From Balanoglossus misakiensis (lineage: Eukaryota > Animalia > Hemichordata), in NCBI GenBank assembly GCA_040954595.2, contig CM082580.2, forward strand, positions 11,112,909 to 11,176,908: DNA of 64,000 bases, given 5' to 3'. The notes below the pieces were generated by a model. That model searched no databases. It was given only the letters and a program-made list of their open reading frames with translations, and was not told where the DNA came from. This document shows, in pieces, positions 63,359 to 64,000 of the stretch (its first letter is position 1; every line of letters begins with the position of its first letter). Both the position numbers and the translations under genes were made by a program.

Positions 63359-64000
63359 ATATCCATGCGTGTTCCCAAAATCATGGGGACGGGGACGGTT
63401 TTTTTTCCTATCACGGGTCCGTGAAATCGGGGAAAGGGGGTACTTTTAAAAGAACCGGCTAAAAACGGATTGAAATATCCCGAGAAATATCTATCAGACA
63501 CTCAAACTTCACCCCAGACTTCAACAAAGTTTCATTGTGCGTTGCTCTCGTTAAAAAACTGGTACACAATCGTGTTCGTTACTGACACCCTCCTCTATAC
63601 GATTATAGACTGAACCTAAATATATAGCGTCTGACTCGCCTGGATTTTGTAATCAAGGGGGAGTTTTTCGGTCTTGTTTTCTCCCATATTTCTCAACTTA
63701 TAAAGGGAGTGTTTTTGATGAAAAATCCCAGGGTTTCTTGCAATTTTGTGAAACGAGCATGAATGCCCACGCTCCGTTTGAGTGTGACCATCGGGAATGA
63801 AATCGGATAGCTCCGTAATATTATTTCTACAGACCTGATCAAGACTTCTCTTTCCTCACTAGGATAGAATGCGTGGACCTCTCTCCCTCTCTCTCTCGTG
63901 GCATTTAGATGAACGACGCTGCTAAGAGTCTGACCCCGACAGGATATGAGGCGTGGGAAAATACCAAAAAGTAGCAATTCGACATCAAGCGAACGTAATA

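Noticed and set aside
1-64000. Conserved bilaterian microRNAs, and the remaining 60-140 aa ORFs
   Set aside because: No mature miRNA sequence I remember was spotted by eye (not an exhaustive search). The short ORFs lack domains, often start at GTG/TTG, and have lengths expected by chance.

Overview
Eukaryotic (animal-like) genomic DNA of roughly 40% GC (estimated by eye), with no obvious CpG depletion. It contains GT-AG splice-like signals, GACA/CAT/TATG microsatellites and a Penelope-like retroelement relic, which suggests a marine invertebrate (inference only). I recognise no intact protein-coding gene, rRNA, tRNA or CRISPR array. The window reads as a long intergenic or intronic regulatory stretch, probably upstream of a minus-strand gene whose 5' exons lie at about 1-800. 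The best-supported structure is a mobile-element cluster at 7.7-10.9 kb. The first part is a 2165-bp non-autonomous CMC/EnSpm(CACTA)-like DNA transposon (11-bp TIR, 2-bp TG TSD) carrying a 10 x 51-bp minisatellite built from its own subterminal motif. The second part is two direct copies of a ~449-bp non-coding element whose internal junction is the reverse complement of its joined ends, as in the internal complementary region (ICR) of tyrosine-recombinase elements. Also present are a decayed Penelope-like RT fragment (~44.9-45.3 kb), a few orphan exon or ORF candidates, and putative enhancer motif clusters. Most ORFs in the supplied track look like chance.
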